Below, in pieces: positions 9,724 through 21,237 of a stretch of DNA of 64,000 nt. The DNA comes from Nitrosopumilus sp. GTDB taxonomy: Archaea > Thermoproteota > Nitrososphaeria > Nitrososphaerales > Nitrosopumilaceae. The notes under the pieces were generated by a model that worked only from the letters and a program-made list of their open reading frames with translations, was not told the DNA's origin and did not search any database. The position numbers were made by a program, and so were the translations under genes. The stretch is from assembly GCA_965197525.1 (NCBI GenBank), contig OZ240211.1, positions 1,152,001 through 1,216,000 on the forward strand. Direction: 5' to 3'. Numbering within the stretch: the stretch's first letter is position 1; each line of letters starts with the position of its first letter.

Positions 9724-10016
9724 TACGTAATTACAAAATCAGTATACACAAAGTCATCCGTGCATGGTACAACCTTGACATCATCTACTCGAGAACCTGC
9801 AGGTCCATGATGTGCCCACTCCACTACGGCATCGACGCTTGACTCGTCGCCTTGCAACAAGGCCTCAACTCTGCCGTCTGGAAGATTCTTCACCCATCCA
9901 AATATGCTGTGTCTCTCTGCAGTATTCTTCAGATTCAAACGAAAGTATACACCTTGAACCTTGCCAGTTACAAACACGTTAACACATTTTTTGGACATGA
10001 TAACAAAACAAGGCAA
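9720..10016 (-). CDS. acyP: Acylphosphatase
   Basis: GKVQGVYFR and GWVKNLPDGRVE signatures. Confidence 0.95.
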   Translation of the reverse strand: MPCFVIMSKKCVNVFVTGKVQGVYFRLNLKNTAERHSIFGWVKNLPDGRVEALLQGDESSVDAVVEWAHHGPAGSRVDDVKVVPCTDDFVYTDFVITY

Positions 10017-10044
10017 CTACTAGTTTATGAATTTTAATGGGTTG

Positions 10045-10779
10045 TTACCGTCTCTCTTTGATTCTGGCACGACCGGTCTTTCTTGCAGCAATGCTGCCTA
10101 CCTTTGCGCCAGGTGGTGCATCCCTTGATACTGTGGAGCTCTGTCCTACGTGCTGGTGTCTGCCACCACCGTGTGGATGAACATATGCTGCCTGTGCTAC
10201 ACCACGGACTATAGGGTACTTTTTGCCCTTTGCCTTGAAACTGCGCCATTTGTTGCCTGCGCTCATAAAGTGACGTTCTGATGCGCCGCCGCCTGCCAGA
10301 GTCCCTATCATTGCCCTATTCTTTGGATTCAGCGTAGTAAACTTGCCTGAAGGTAGTTTTACAGTTACACCATCATCGCCGTGTGAGAATATGGTGGCGT
10401 TTGTACCAGCTGACTTTACTATTGCGCCGCCATCACCGAAGTGTTTTTCGATGTTGCACACGATTGTGCCGTCAGGAATGTTTTGAACGCTGATGACGTT
10501 ACCCTGTTCAATCTTTGATTTTAATCCAAAATGTAACGATTGGCCAACCGTAGTTCCCAAAACTGCAGGGACATAAGAGACAGAACCGTCCTCAAATCTT
10601 ACTTTGGCTAGCGGTGCTTCCCTACCTCGCTCATGCACTAGATCGATTATTTCGCCTGCACGCTGCTCAGAGAGTGCAAATCGTGGATAATTGGCTTGTG
10701 AGCCTACTTTACCAGTAGATGTTGATCTAAACTGATTGCCTCCACGGCCACGTCTTCGAACTAGCGGTCTCTTACCCAA
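10045..10779 (-). CDS. rpl2: 50S ribosomal protein uL2
   Basis: (M)GKRPLVRRRGRG...VRGVAQAAYVHPHGGG...GSIAARKTGR. Start re-set to TTG at 10779 (244 aa); the track's extension to 11004 is not L2-like. Confidence 0.97.
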   Translation of the reverse strand: MGKRPLVRRRGRGGNQFRSTSTGKVGSQANYPRFALSEQRAGEIIDLVHERGREAPLAKVRFEDGSVSYVPAVLGTTVGQSLHFGLKSKIEQGNVISVQNIPDGTIVCNIEKHFGDGGAIVKSAGTNATIFSHGDDGVTVKLPSGKFTTLNPKNRAMIGTLAGGGASERHFMSAGNKWRSFKAKGKKYPIVRGVAQAAYVHPHGGGRHQHVGQSSTVSRDAPPGAKVGSIAARKTGRARIKERR

Positions 10780-11239
10780 GTTAGTAGTTTTGTAAAAGAC
10801 AGAGAATTTTAAGCTTGTGATACTAACTAACACTGCTACAGATATAGAAGATAGATGAATGCCGGTAAATGGTAAGTGAGCCCAAAGACTGCAAAAGATA
10901 CAGAGGCATGCATAAGAGATGTCAGTAGAAGAATAGTAACAAGAATGGATAATGACGATGATATGCCAGTGAGTAACGCAGAATACAGGATTTGATGCTA
11001 TCACGCCTGAGTGTCATTAATCATCATCGTTACCATCATCGTTAAAATAACAACTGATAACAGACACGCCTGTGTGTGTGCGAGCTAGTCAATAATGTCG
11101 AGATAAACAAACCATCCACGCATGCCGACTGCCACACCAGCTATTTACTGCGATAATTTTGTAAAATATCGACTGTAGGCGTGCAACACATCACAAGATT
11201 GCTACAAAGATATAAAAATTAGACACTGCATGATGTAGT

Positions 11240-13429
11240 ATGAGTCAAAGCGCTTTATCACTAAAAGTATTAGAAGCATACACAAGAGACGTAGGCAGAG
11301 GTGTAGCAAGAATTGATTATGATTCCATGGATACGCTAAATGCGTCAACTGGCGATGTAATTGAGATTAAAGGTAAGCGTAGAACAGTAGCTAAATGTCT
11401 TCCATTATACCCATCAGACGAGGGTAAAGGAATTATCAGAATAGACGGACTGGGTAGAAACAACTCGGGTATTGCAATAGGGGATACCATATCTGTCAGA
11501 AAGATAAAGGCAGCAGCAGCAGAAAAGGTAGTTGTTGCACCACTAGAGGCAATTCCTCCAATTGATGAAAGATATCTAGCTGATGCACTAGAGAGTGTTC
11601 CATTAATCAAAGGTGATAACGTAATGGTCCCATACTTTGGCGGACGTCTCACATTCCAGGTAATAGGTGTAACACCGGCAGCTGATGCAGTACTAGTTAC
11701 GCAAAAAACTGTATTCCACATTGCAGAGAAGGGTGAGACGCTGCGAGGAGTTCCTCAAGTGACATACGAGGATATTGGAGGAATATCAAATGAGATTAAA
11801 AAGGTAAGAGAGATGATAGAGCTGCCATTAAGACATCCAGAGATATTTGAGAAACTGGGTATTGAGGCGCCAAAAGGTGTATTGCTGTATGGTCCGCCAG
11901 GAACAGGCAAGACGTTGCTAGCTAAAGCCGTTGCAAACGAGAGCAATGCGCATTTTATCAGCATATCGGGTCCTGAGATTATGAGCAAGTTTTATGGTGA
12001 GAGTGAGGCAAGACTGCGTGAGATATTCAAAGAAGCCAGAGAAAAGGCACCATCAATAATATTTGTAGACGAGATCGACTCCATTGCGCCAAAACGAGAA
12101 GAGGTTACAGGAGAGGTCGAACGCCGTGTGGTCTCGCAGATGCTATCACTGATGGATGGTCTAGAGGCAAGAGGCAAAGTCATCGTCATATCTGCAACGA
12201 ACCGACCAAACGCAATAGACCCCGCACTAAGAAGACCAGGACGATTTGACAGAGAGATAGAGATCAAGGTACCTGACAAGAAAGGAAGAAAGGACATCCT
12301 GGCAATACACAGCAGGAACATGCCATTATCTGAAGATGTAAATATAGACAAGATATCAGCAGTAAGCCACGGATACGTCGGGGCGGATTTAGAGTATCTA
12401 TGTAAAGAGGCGGCAATGAAGTGTCTGAGAAGGCTGTTACCAGTATTGAATCTAGAAGAAGAGAAACTGCCACCAGAAACCCTAGACAAACTGATTGTAA
12501 ATCACGATGACTTTCAAAAGGCACTCATAGAGGTGACGCCATCTGGAATGAGAGAGGTGTTCATCGAAAACCCAGATGTGAAATGGGAAGATGTTGGAGG
12601 CCTAGAGGAGGTAAAAAGAGAGCTGCAAGAGGCAGTGGAGTGGCCAATGAAATACCCTGGCCTGTATGATAAACTGGGACACAATATGCCCAGAGGAATT
12701 TTGTTGCACGGACCTAGCGGTACGGGTAAGACGTTACTAGCAAAGGCTGTTGCCACCCAAAGTGAGGCAAACTTTGTATCAGTCAGAGGTCCTGAACTGC
12801 TATCAAAATGGGTCGGTGAGTCAGAGAGAGGCATCAGGGAGATATTCAAACGAGCACGCCAATCAGCACCATGTGTGGTATTCTTCGATGAGATCGACTC
12901 TATTGCGCCAGTTAGGGGTGCAGGTGGAGAGACTGCAGTTACTGAGCGTGTGGTATCACAACTACTAACTGAACTTGACGGAATGGAGAACATGCACGGT
13001 GTTATTGTGCTTGCAGCAACGAACAGGGCAGATATGATTGACCCTGCATTGTTACGACCAGGAAGATTTGACAAGATTATACAGATTCCACTGCCTGACA
13101 AAGAGAGCAGAAAGAGTATCGTCAAGATTAACGCTGAGAAGATACCAACAGTGACTGATGAGAGTGATCCAATGTGCGTCAATCTTGACAAGATTGCCGA
13201 ACTAACTGACGGATTGAGTGGTGCCGATACTGCATCAATTGCAAATACGGCAGTGTCGTTGGTCATTCACGAATTTTTGGACTCGCACCCTGATGTCAAG
13301 GATATAGAGAAGAAGAACAAAGATGAGGTAAAGGTGACTATGAAGCACTTTGAGGAAGCAGTCAAAAAGGTACGTGAGCAAAAGGACTTGAAACTAGGCG
13401 AGAAACTAGTAGCATCGTATTACAGATAG
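11240..13429 (+). CDS. cdc48: CDC48/VCP family AAA+ ATPase
   Basis: N domain plus two AAA modules ([16 protein letters not shown]; DEIDSI; ALRRPGRFD). Confidence 0.97.
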   Translation: MSQSALSLKVLEAYTRDVGRGVARIDYDSMDTLNASTGDVIEIKGKRRTVAKCLPLYPSDEGKGIIRIDGLGRNNSGIAIGDTISVRKIKAAAAEKVVVAPLEAIPPIDERYLADALESVPLIKGDNVMVPYFGGRLTFQVIGVTPAADAVLVTQKTVFHIAEKGETLRGVPQVTYEDIGGISNEIKKVREMIELPLRHPEIFEKLGIEAPKGVLLYGPPGTGKTLLAKAVANESNAHFISISGPEIMSKFYGESEARLREIFKEAREKAPSIIFVDEIDSIAPKREEVTGEVERRVVSQMLSLMDGLEARGKVIVISATNRPNAIDPALRRPGRFDREIEIKVPDKKGRKDILAIHSRNMPLSEDVNIDKISAVSHGYVGADLEYLCKEAAMKCLRRLLPVLNLEEEKLPPETLDKLIVNHDDFQKALIEVTPSGMREVFIENPDVKWEDVGGLEEVKRELQEAVEWPMKYPGLYDKLGHNMPRGILLHGPSGTGKTLLAKAVATQSEANFVSVRGPELLSKWVGESERGIREIFKRARQSAPCVVFFDEIDSIAPVRGAGGETAVTERVVSQLLTELDGMENMHGVIVLAATNRADMIDPALLRPGRFDKIIQIPLPDKESRKSIVKINAEKIPTVTDESDPMCVNLDKIAELTDGLSGADTASIANTAVSLVIHEFLDSHPDVKDIEKKNKDEVKVTMKHFEEAVKKVREQKDLKLGEKLVASYYR

Positions 13430-13456
13430 TTAATTAAATGATATATCATACAGAGA

Positions 13457-14821
13457 TTGATGTCAGATACTGACAATAATAACAATATTGCAGGGTATAC
13501 AGGAAGAACTTTAACATTTTTGAGGGAGAATAACGTTGCAGTAAATGATACTGTGACGGTTACGGTAGATGGTGATGATGGGGATAATGATGAAAAGATA
13601 CAGGCAACAATCATGCCGCGATACGAGTATTGTGACGATAGACACATCACAGTGAAACTAAAGAGTGGGTACAATGTTGGTTTGCCAATTGATACAATCA
13701 GGGACATCTCTAGAATAAAGTTAGATGATGATGATGATGCCAAAAAAATAATAAAAAAGGACAATAAAACAAAAGACAGGTCAGACTTGCCCAAAGTTCT
13801 GCTGCTGACTACCGGAGGTACCATTGCAAGCAAGGTCGATTACAGAACAGGGGCTGTGATACCAGTACTGACTGCAGACGAGCTGATAGAATCGGTTCCC
13901 GAGTTGTCAGACATTGCAGACATCCACTCACAGGTGCTGTTCTCTGAGTATTCAGAGAACATCTTGCCAAAACATTGGTTGAATATTGCACATTCGATAT
14001 CCGAAGAGGATACAAATTATTATACGGGGATTGTTATTGCGCATGGAACTGACACCATGCATTACACATCGTCGTTTCTTAGCTTTGCACTGGCAGGCTA
14101 TCCCATACCAATAGCGTTGGTGGGAGCACAGAGATCATCTGACAGAGCATCATCAGATGCCGCGCTGAATTTGGTTGGCGCAGTAAAGTTTGTAGTGGAG
14201 AATAATACAAGAGGAGTGTATGTTGTAATGCACAAGGACAGCAACGACGGCGTGATTGCGTGTCATGCAGGTACGCGGGTAAGAAAGAACCACACCAGCA
14301 AGAGGGGGGCATTTGAGACAGTTGGCAGCAAGCCTGCATACCTGGTAGATATAAAATATGAGGATAATAATGATATAGCCATTCACAAGAATGCGCAAAA
14401 AGATTTTTTTGCAGGTACAGAATACCTGCCGAAGATAAAACTAGATGAGAATGTAGCGTTGATAAAGTATTATCCTGGGTACAAGCCAGAGATGTTACAG
14501 TCCGTTATCGATTCAGGATGCAAGGCAATAATCTTTGAGGGTACAGGACTGGGACATATCGGCAAGAACATGTATGATACTGTGGCAAATGCACAAAAGC
14601 AGGGCGTGTTTATGGGGATGACGTCCCAATGTATAGACGGCAAAGTAAGAATGACAGTGTATGAGAGCGGTCGTGACTTGCTGAGTTTGGGTGTGGTACC
14701 GCTAGGTAGTATGCTGCCTGAGACGGCGTTGGTAAAGGCAATGTGGGCTGCAGGTAACGTCAATAGCACAAAAGAGATACAGGATACGATGCTAAAGGAG
14801 ATAGCATCAGAGTTTTCATGA
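13457..14821 (+). CDS. gatD: Glu-tRNA(Gln) amidotransferase subunit D
   Basis: N-terminal KLKSGYNVG, asparaginase motifs TGGTIAS and HGTDTM. Adjacent to gatE. Confidence 0.95.
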   Translation: MMSDTDNNNNIAGYTGRTLTFLRENNVAVNDTVTVTVDGDDGDNDEKIQATIMPRYEYCDDRHITVKLKSGYNVGLPIDTIRDISRIKLDDDDDAKKIIKKDNKTKDRSDLPKVLLLTTGGTIASKVDYRTGAVIPVLTADELIESVPELSDIADIHSQVLFSEYSENILPKHWLNIAHSISEEDTNYYTGIVIAHGTDTMHYTSSFLSFALAGYPIPIALVGAQRSSDRASSDAALNLVGAVKFVVENNTRGVYVVMHKDSNDGVIACHAGTRVRKNHTSKRGAFETVGSKPAYLVDIKYEDNNDIAIHKNAQKDFFAGTEYLPKIKLDENVALIKYYPGYKPEMLQSVIDSGCKAIIFEGTGLGHIGKNMYDTVANAQKQGVFMGMTSQCIDGKVRMTVYESGRDLLSLGVVPLGSMLPETALVKAMWAAGNVNSTKEIQDTMLKEIASEFS

Positions 14822-14851
14822 GTAGTATAGAGGTAGGATGCGGGAATAATA

Positions 14852-16789
14852 ATGAACGAGTTTTCAATCAAGGATGCAAAAGTCAAGGTGGGACTAGAGA
14901 TTCACCAGCAGCTGGATACTGGGAAAAAACTGTTTTGTGACTGCGCATCTGCAGAATCTGCCGGATACACGACAGAGTTTGAGAGAAAACTGCGGGTATC
15001 GAGGGGCGAGCAGGGGACGTTTGATGCTGCCGTACTCTTTGAGAGTGCAAAGTCAAAGAGTGTAAAATACTATGCTGATGATGCTACCAGCTGTCTTGTG
15101 GAGCAGGATGAGGCACCGCCTGACGAGCTTGATGCAGATGCAAAACGCATTGCATTGACAGTATGTGCTTCACTGCACTCAAATGTGTATACAGAGATAT
15201 ACCCCATGAGAAAGACGGTGATTGACGGTTCTAACACTACCGGTTTTCAGAGGACCATGGTGGTATCGCGCGGCGGGTTTTTTGATGTTGGTGCAGATAA
15301 GAGGATTGGAATACAATCAATATGTCTAGAAGAGGATGCAGCAAAGATACTAGGAGACAAGGGATCAGTAAGGGAGTACGGGCTGGAGCGTCTGGGCGTA
15401 CCTCTAGTAGAGATTGCAACTGACCCATTTGAGATGAGAGATACACGCGAGATAAAGGATATTGCGTTGAGTTTGGGGTGGATACTGCGCAGTACAAAAA
15501 AAGTAAAGAGGGGCCTGGGCACGATCAGGCAGGATGTCAATGTATCTGTAAAGGACGGTAACGGAGTAGTCATCGAGGTCAAGGGCGTACAGCAATTAGA
15601 ACAGTTGGAGAAAGTAGTGGAATACGAGGCAAAGAGACAGCAGGGACTAGTAGAGATATCAAAGAAGATCAAAGGTGCCGGCTGGCAGCATACAAATGAT
15701 TCAAAGAGAGATGTTACGGGGCTGTTTGCAGACTGTCAGTCAAAGATTATTCAAAAGGCCATCAAGGCAGGACACGCGGTGACTGCCATCGTGTTTAGAG
15801 GGATGTCAGGGCTGTTTGGATATACGCCGTATGAGGGCATACGATTAGGAAGAGAGATAGCAGAACTGGTAAGATTCTTTGGCATAGGAGGGGTATTCCA
15901 TTCAGATGAAGAGTTGATAGGCTATGGGATAACCAGAGACGAGCTGGACGAGTTGGCAAAGATGTTTGGTATGAGTAAAGATGATGACGCGTTTTTGATT
16001 CTAGCAGCGCCAAAAGACAAGATAGACGTGGTTGTACAGCAGATAGTATCAAGAGTAGAGTACATCAGAGATAACGGCATACCGATTGATACGCGACTTG
16101 CAACAATGTCAGGTGAGACAAAATTTTTGAGACCCCGCCCCGGGGATGCTAGGATGTATCCAGAGACTGACATACCGGTGGTATCAGTCACAGAAGAAGA
16201 GTGGGATGCTGCAGTGAATAGCATTCCAAAGAGTTGGGACGAGTCAATCAAAGAGGTGCAGACAAAGTATGATATCAACGCGCAGCTAGCAGAACAGCTG
16301 TTTGACTCGCGTTATATGGAGTTGTTTGAAAAGATAGTAAACGCAGATGGAGGAGGAGGAGCAAAAGAGACCAGTCCTACGTTTGTAGCCTCTATGCTGT
16401 GCTCTACCATTACAAGCTTGGAGAGGAGTGGATTGGATTCTAGATTACTAAAAGATGATGACATAGTAAGGGTTTTTGAGTTGCTAGACAAAAGAGAGAT
16501 AGCAAAAGAGTCAGTGGAAGTGCTCTTTGAGGGGATGATGTCTGCCAAGATAAAGAGTGTTGATGAGGCATTAAGACAGGGTCTGGTCCAAGTGGTAAAT
16601 GACGATGAACTAGTGAAGATTATCAAGGGAATAATAAAGAATAACGAATCACTTGTAAAAAATCAGAGAGAGCGGGCAGTAAAGCCGTTGATGGGTATTG
16701 CGATGAAGGAGTTGAGAGGCAAGGCGTCAGGAGAGGCTGTAAACAAGATGTTGTTAGATGGCATCAAAGAAGCATTGAGAAATAGCTAG
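14852..16789 (+). CDS. gatE: Glu-tRNA(Gln) amidotransferase subunit E
   Basis: KVGLEIHQQL, IDGSNTTGFQRT, GLGTIRQDVNVS, RMYPETDIP. Confidence 0.97.
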   Translation: MNEFSIKDAKVKVGLEIHQQLDTGKKLFCDCASAESAGYTTEFERKLRVSRGEQGTFDAAVLFESAKSKSVKYYADDATSCLVEQDEAPPDELDADAKRIALTVCASLHSNVYTEIYPMRKTVIDGSNTTGFQRTMVVSRGGFFDVGADKRIGIQSICLEEDAAKILGDKGSVREYGLERLGVPLVEIATDPFEMRDTREIKDIALSLGWILRSTKKVKRGLGTIRQDVNVSVKDGNGVVIEVKGVQQLEQLEKVVEYEAKRQQGLVEISKKIKGAGWQHTNDSKRDVTGLFADCQSKIIQKAIKAGHAVTAIVFRGMSGLFGYTPYEGIRLGREIAELVRFFGIGGVFHSDEELIGYGITRDELDELAKMFGMSKDDDAFLILAAPKDKIDVVVQQIVSRVEYIRDNGIPIDTRLATMSGETKFLRPRPGDARMYPETDIPVVSVTEEEWDAAVNSIPKSWDESIKEVQTKYDINAQLAEQLFDSRYMELFEKIVNADGGGGAKETSPTFVASMLCSTITSLERSGLDSRLLKDDDIVRVFELLDKREIAKESVEVLFEGMMSAKIKSVDEALRQGLVQVVNDDELVKIIKGIIKNNESLVKNQRERAVKPLMGIAMKELRGKASGEAVNKMLLDGIKEALRNS

Positions 16790-16865
16790 AGTAAAAATTA
16801 GAGAACTGCCTACATGTTTAGCATTTAAGATGTGCTGATAACATAATACCTAGAGACTATATAAA

Positions 16866-17708
16866 ATGGGCATTGTAGTGCAGTGTCTAAAATGTATAAT
16901 GGATAAGAAGATTATGAAGGATAAAAGATTAATTAAATATTCGTGCAAGAATACCAATAGCTGTTGTGAAGGAATAACATTTGATGAAGTATTTACAAGA
17001 GATTATCTAAGAACTAGAGTAAGCGAAAAATATTATGATAAAAAAGGCACGCAAACACTAGAAAACAATTTTACCAGTATAAGTGATACGGGTTTTGCGC
17101 AAAAAATGTTCAAAGAAGATATGAGCATTAATCCCATGATCAAAGAATGGAGAATTGGTGAATGTATGGCTGAATGCTATTTGGAAGACTATCACAATGT
17201 GCGTTTTTATTATCAATCAAGCAGAGATGCAAAAAATCAGGAAGGAAATCAGCACGGTGCAGATATCGTAGGGTTTGCAGAGATAAATGACAAGACAGTT
17301 TTTGTTTTTGGAGAAGTAAAAACATCAGCAGATACCAATTCACCACCAGGTGTCATGTATGGTCACTTGGGAATGATCTGTCAAATGGAAAATATCATGG
17401 ATGATAATGAAGCAAGAAAGTCGCTAATCCGATGGCTGGCATTCAAAGTTCAGGATAAAAAAGAGAGTGACTCGTTTAGAAAAGATTTTGAATATGCATA
17501 TGAGAGTTATTACAAGTCCAAGCGCAGAAAAATAAAGTTGGCAGGCATTTTGATACGTGATACTAGTCCAAATCCCAAAGATTTGGCATCTGGATATGAA
17601 AAATTGATGAAAAAACTAAACTCAGAGATGTTTTTGCATCTGTCAGGAATTTATCTGCCAATCAAGATAATAAACATGAAAAAATACCTAAAGAAAGAAG
17701 ATAGATAA
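16866..17708 (+). CDS. hamA: Hachiman HamA-like (DUF1837-type) nuclease
   Basis: IGECMAECYLE...GADIVGF...FGEVKTS (D-x(n)-E-x-K). Its stop overlaps the start of a Ski2-like helicase (TAATG). Confidence 0.65.
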   Translation: MGIVVQCLKCIMDKKIMKDKRLIKYSCKNTNSCCEGITFDEVFTRDYLRTRVSEKYYDKKGTQTLENNFTSISDTGFAQKMFKEDMSINPMIKEWRIGECMAECYLEDYHNVRFYYQSSRDAKNQEGNQHGADIVGFAEINDKTVFVFGEVKTSADTNSPPGVMYGHLGMICQMENIMDDNEARKSLIRWLAFKVQDKKESDSFRKDFEYAYESYYKSKRRKIKLAGILIRDTSPNPKDLASGYEKLMKKLNSEMFLHLSGIYLPIKIINMKKYLKKEDR

Positions 17709-20700
17709 TGGCCTCACAAGTTGAAATGATTAGTTTACTGGAGGGAAGGGATCAAAAAGCGATAAGCATAGTCAAACACATGAAAATAAACAAGGCAATT
17801 AATTTGGATTTTGCATCAGATACGAAATCACATACTCTGATTAATGATACAGTTGAAGTTTACGAGTTGGCTATAATAGAATTATGGAAATTTGCTTTTG
17901 ATAAATCAGCAGAGAACCATAAAAATAAAATGCTTTTTAACAGGTACTGTAAAGAATGCTTTCAGCTACTGCAAAGTCTCCCAATTCCTGATGAACCGAT
18001 TGAAAAGATCAAACATGTGCTAAAATTATTCACATATTCATATTTGGGAGAAAAGTGGGAAGATATGAGAAGAATATTAATAAAAGATGATACACTACAG
18101 GATTTGAAAAATATTTTGCCTGATTGGGATGCAAGATTATTTTCCACAATTTACCAAGCAATATTGCACTTGGTTAAAAAAGAGACATGGGAAGACTTGA
18201 GCAAGACGTCTGAGTTAATCATTCAACTACGAAATGAACAGAAACAATTCGAAGAGGCATACTTGAATGATCGACAGGATGAATTCAAATTAGGTGCTGC
18301 TTGTGAACTGGGATCATTGTATCATCTTGCTAAAAGTGTGGAACTGCTAGGAGAATACATGCGGAATGGAACCCCAAACCAAATTTTAGTCATGTTAGAT
18401 ATGAATTTTGATAAAGCAATAGAGTATAGTAGTCAAGGTAGACAAGTAGAATTAGAGATAATCTTGAGAATGCTGCAATTGACATTCAAAAAGATGGTTG
18501 AGAATTCAGTATGGTCTGTGGCAAAAAGAATTGATTCAAGGGCAAAGACGTTCGTAGAATCAATTACAACACAGTCTAAACCAATATTTGAGTTGATGTA
18601 TCCCCAAAGAATTGCAATTTTAGAGAAGGGATTGCTAGACCCGGCTAATAGAGCAGTTGTAGTCACACTACCAACATCAGGAGGTAAAACAATGATTGCA
18701 GAATTTAGAATCCTCCAAGCATTAAATCAATTTTCAGATCAGAGGATGTGGATCGCGTATGTAGTTCCCACACGTGCCTTAGTGAATCAAATTACCAACA
18801 GATTGAGGAGAGATTTAGGTCGTTTGCCACTTGGTATACGAGTTGAAAAGATGAGTGGTGCTATTGATACGGATATGTTTGAGGAATCCCTGATTAATGA
18901 GAACAATATGTTTGATATCCTAGTAGTCACGCCAGAAAAACTGAATTTATTGATACGGCAAGGCACTGAAAACGGATTCAATGATTCACTGGTTTTAGCA
19001 ATTATAGATGAGGCGCATAATATTGGAGATAAGAGCAGGGGATTGAATTTAGAGATGCTTGTATCTACAATCAAAAATGACTGCGAGAGAGCGAATTTGC
19101 TATTATTAACACCGTTCATACCTAACAGTGAAGAGTTATCCCAATGGCTTGATGCAGAGAATCCAAAATCAATCGGAATTGAATTTGATTGGAAGCCAAA
19201 TGATAGTTCCATAGGACTGTGTTATGCGACGGGGCATAGGCGTGATGTTACCACATACTATCAACCATTACTAGAACCGACAAATGAAGAGGCCTCCCAA
19301 GAGATAACACTTGAGAAGATGCCTGAATGTAAATTTCCCATAAGTAAAGTTAAAGGAACAAAATATCGTCTGGCGTCACTTGCTGCTAAAACGTTGACAA
19401 AGCGCGGAAATGTTTTGGTTCTAGGAGGCAAGATAAGTGTTACATGGAATATTGCAAAGACGCTTTCAGATATAATGCCAAAAGTAAAACCATTAGATGG
19501 TCGTGTAATACTTGTCCAAAAATTTATTTCAGCAGAACTAGGAAGAGATTTCCCTCTGATAGAATATCTGAATTACGGTATAGGGGTACACAATGCAGGA
19601 TTACCCGATGAGATTAAACAGTTAATGGAGTGGCTAATGGAAAATGATCTACTACGGGTACTAGTTGCGACTACAACCATAGCTCAGGGAATGAACTTTC
19701 CTGTATCCTCAATTTTACTTGCAACGTATTCGTATCCGTACACGAATATGCCCAAGCGTGATTTTATGAATTTGGTGGGTAGGGCAGGCAGAATAGATCA
19801 TGAGGGTATTGGAATAGTAGGAATATCAGTTGACGGCAAGGAAACAAAAGATGCGCAAAAAGCAGCAGAATTTGTCAAAAAGTCAGTTGAAGAGATTGTC
19901 TCGGTTTTAGCACAGCTAGTTAATGAATCAACTGAGAAAAACAATAGCTTAGATTTAAAAGCTCACTATCATCAACCAGAGTGGTCAAATTTTTTGGGTT
20001 ATCTAGCACATATGTATAATCAATCAAGGGATTTACAAGATTATATTTCTCGTATCGAAATTACATTGCGCAATACATATGGATATCTACAGTTAGAAGA
20101 TAGCAAAAAGACAGTTTTGTTAAAGGCCGTAACAAATTATGGAAAAGAATTAGATAAGAATCAAACAAATTCGTCGTTATCAGATCAGACAGGATTTTCG
20201 CCTGAAACCATACAGGCAACGATAGACAAAGTAAGAGATTTGAAAATAAAACAGGCGGACTGGGATAGTAGTAAACTGTTTTCAGGCCCCTCAAAAACTC
20301 TGACTAAATTAATGAAAGTCATGATGAACAATATTCCGGAAATCAAGGCGTCGTTATCAGGCATTAGAACAGAGACACAGATAGATGAATCACTACTTGG
20401 CAGTATCGTATCTGATTGGGTCTCTGGAAAAGAACTAGCTAAAATATCTAAAGAGTACTTTGGAGGGGCAGATGAGGATTCAATGAAGCGTTGCGTTACA
20501 GCAGTGTATAATAAAATATCAAACTTTACAACTTGGGGTCTATCCTCAATACAGAAGATATCCTCAGAGATAGAGTCAAGTGACGTATCTGAGGATGAAA
20601 AAACGAGGATGCGAAACCTGCCTGCAATGATCTATTATGGTGTTAATTCAGATGAGGCGATACTAATGCGAATGAACAATGTTCCACGAAGTATAGCAGA

Positions 20701-20908
20701 CAGTATCGGGAAACTGTATCTCAAAGAACACGAGTCAGAAACATTGTATGAATCACGTTCAAGCGATGTGATAAAATGGCTGGATGGCATGAATGTGGAG
20801 AAATGGAACTCTGTAATCCCTAAAAATAAGGAGATTAAAGGGTCAGATTACAGGCAAATTTGGAGACAGATTTCAGAAATAGATAATTCAGGGAATGATG
20901 ACAAATGA
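17708..20908 (+). CDS. hamB: Ski2-like DEAD/DEAH helicase, Hachiman HamB-like
   Basis: PTSGGKT, YVVPTRAL, DEAH, GVHNAGL, TTTIAQGMNFP, NLVGRAGR; long helical N-terminal domain; 1066 aa. Confidence 0.75.
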   Translation: MASQVEMISLLEGRDQKAISIVKHMKINKAINLDFASDTKSHTLINDTVEVYELAIIELWKFAFDKSAENHKNKMLFNRYCKECFQLLQSLPIPDEPIEKIKHVLKLFTYSYLGEKWEDMRRILIKDDTLQDLKNILPDWDARLFSTIYQAILHLVKKETWEDLSKTSELIIQLRNEQKQFEEAYLNDRQDEFKLGAACELGSLYHLAKSVELLGEYMRNGTPNQILVMLDMNFDKAIEYSSQGRQVELEIILRMLQLTFKKMVENSVWSVAKRIDSRAKTFVESITTQSKPIFELMYPQRIAILEKGLLDPANRAVVVTLPTSGGKTMIAEFRILQALNQFSDQRMWIAYVVPTRALVNQITNRLRRDLGRLPLGIRVEKMSGAIDTDMFEESLINENNMFDILVVTPEKLNLLIRQGTENGFNDSLVLAIIDEAHNIGDKSRGLNLEMLVSTIKNDCERANLLLLTPFIPNSEELSQWLDAENPKSIGIEFDWKPNDSSIGLCYATGHRRDVTTYYQPLLEPTNEEASQEITLEKMPECKFPISKVKGTKYRLASLAAKTLTKRGNVLVLGGKISVTWNIAKTLSDIMPKVKPLDGRVILVQKFISAELGRDFPLIEYLNYGIGVHNAGLPDEIKQLMEWLMENDLLRVLVATTTIAQGMNFPVSSILLATYSYPYTNMPKRDFMNLVGRAGRIDHEGIGIVGISVDGKETKDAQKAAEFVKKSVEEIVSVLAQLVNESTEKNNSLDLKAHYHQPEWSNFLGYLAHMYNQSRDLQDYISRIEITLRNTYGYLQLEDSKKTVLLKAVTNYGKELDKNQTNSSLSDQTGFSPETIQATIDKVRDLKIKQADWDSSKLFSGPSKTLTKLMKVMMNNIPEIKASLSGIRTETQIDESLLGSIVSDWVSGKELAKISKEYFGGADEDSMKRCVTAVYNKISNFTTWGLSSIQKISSEIESSDVSEDEKTRMRNLPAMIYYGVNSDEAILMRMNNVPRSIADSIGKLYLKEHESETLYESRSSDVIKWLDGMNVEKWNSVIPKNKEIKGSDYRQIWRQISEIDNSGNDDK

Positions 20909-21237
20909 ATAAGGGATTCAAAGAGATGTGAGCACTCGTTTGACGTATCTGCTATGTGATATAGGGAGTGAACTACTTTTTGGACAAGACAGACAGGTTC
21001 AAAAAAAAATATTATTCGTTTGGTAAGTCATCTTTAATTGAAGTACTTTCACACTCAAAAATTTACTACAAACATGCTGCATGTTATATTAACAAATGAA
21101 AGAGTTTATGTGGAAAATGCTTAGAAATGAAAATCAAAGTGATCAAACGAGCCATTATCAAATTGGGATACTATGCATAGAATCTATTGAATGTATTATT
21201 CATCGTTGGATGAGACGCCGATTAAGGTTTTAATTTT

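Noticed and set aside
10780-11004. 75-aa N-terminal extension of uL2 and the overlapping 71-aa ORF at 10034-10249
   Set aside because: The uL2 family starts at (M)GKR (TTG 10779). The extension is low-complexity intergenic sequence and the small ORF is an alternative frame.
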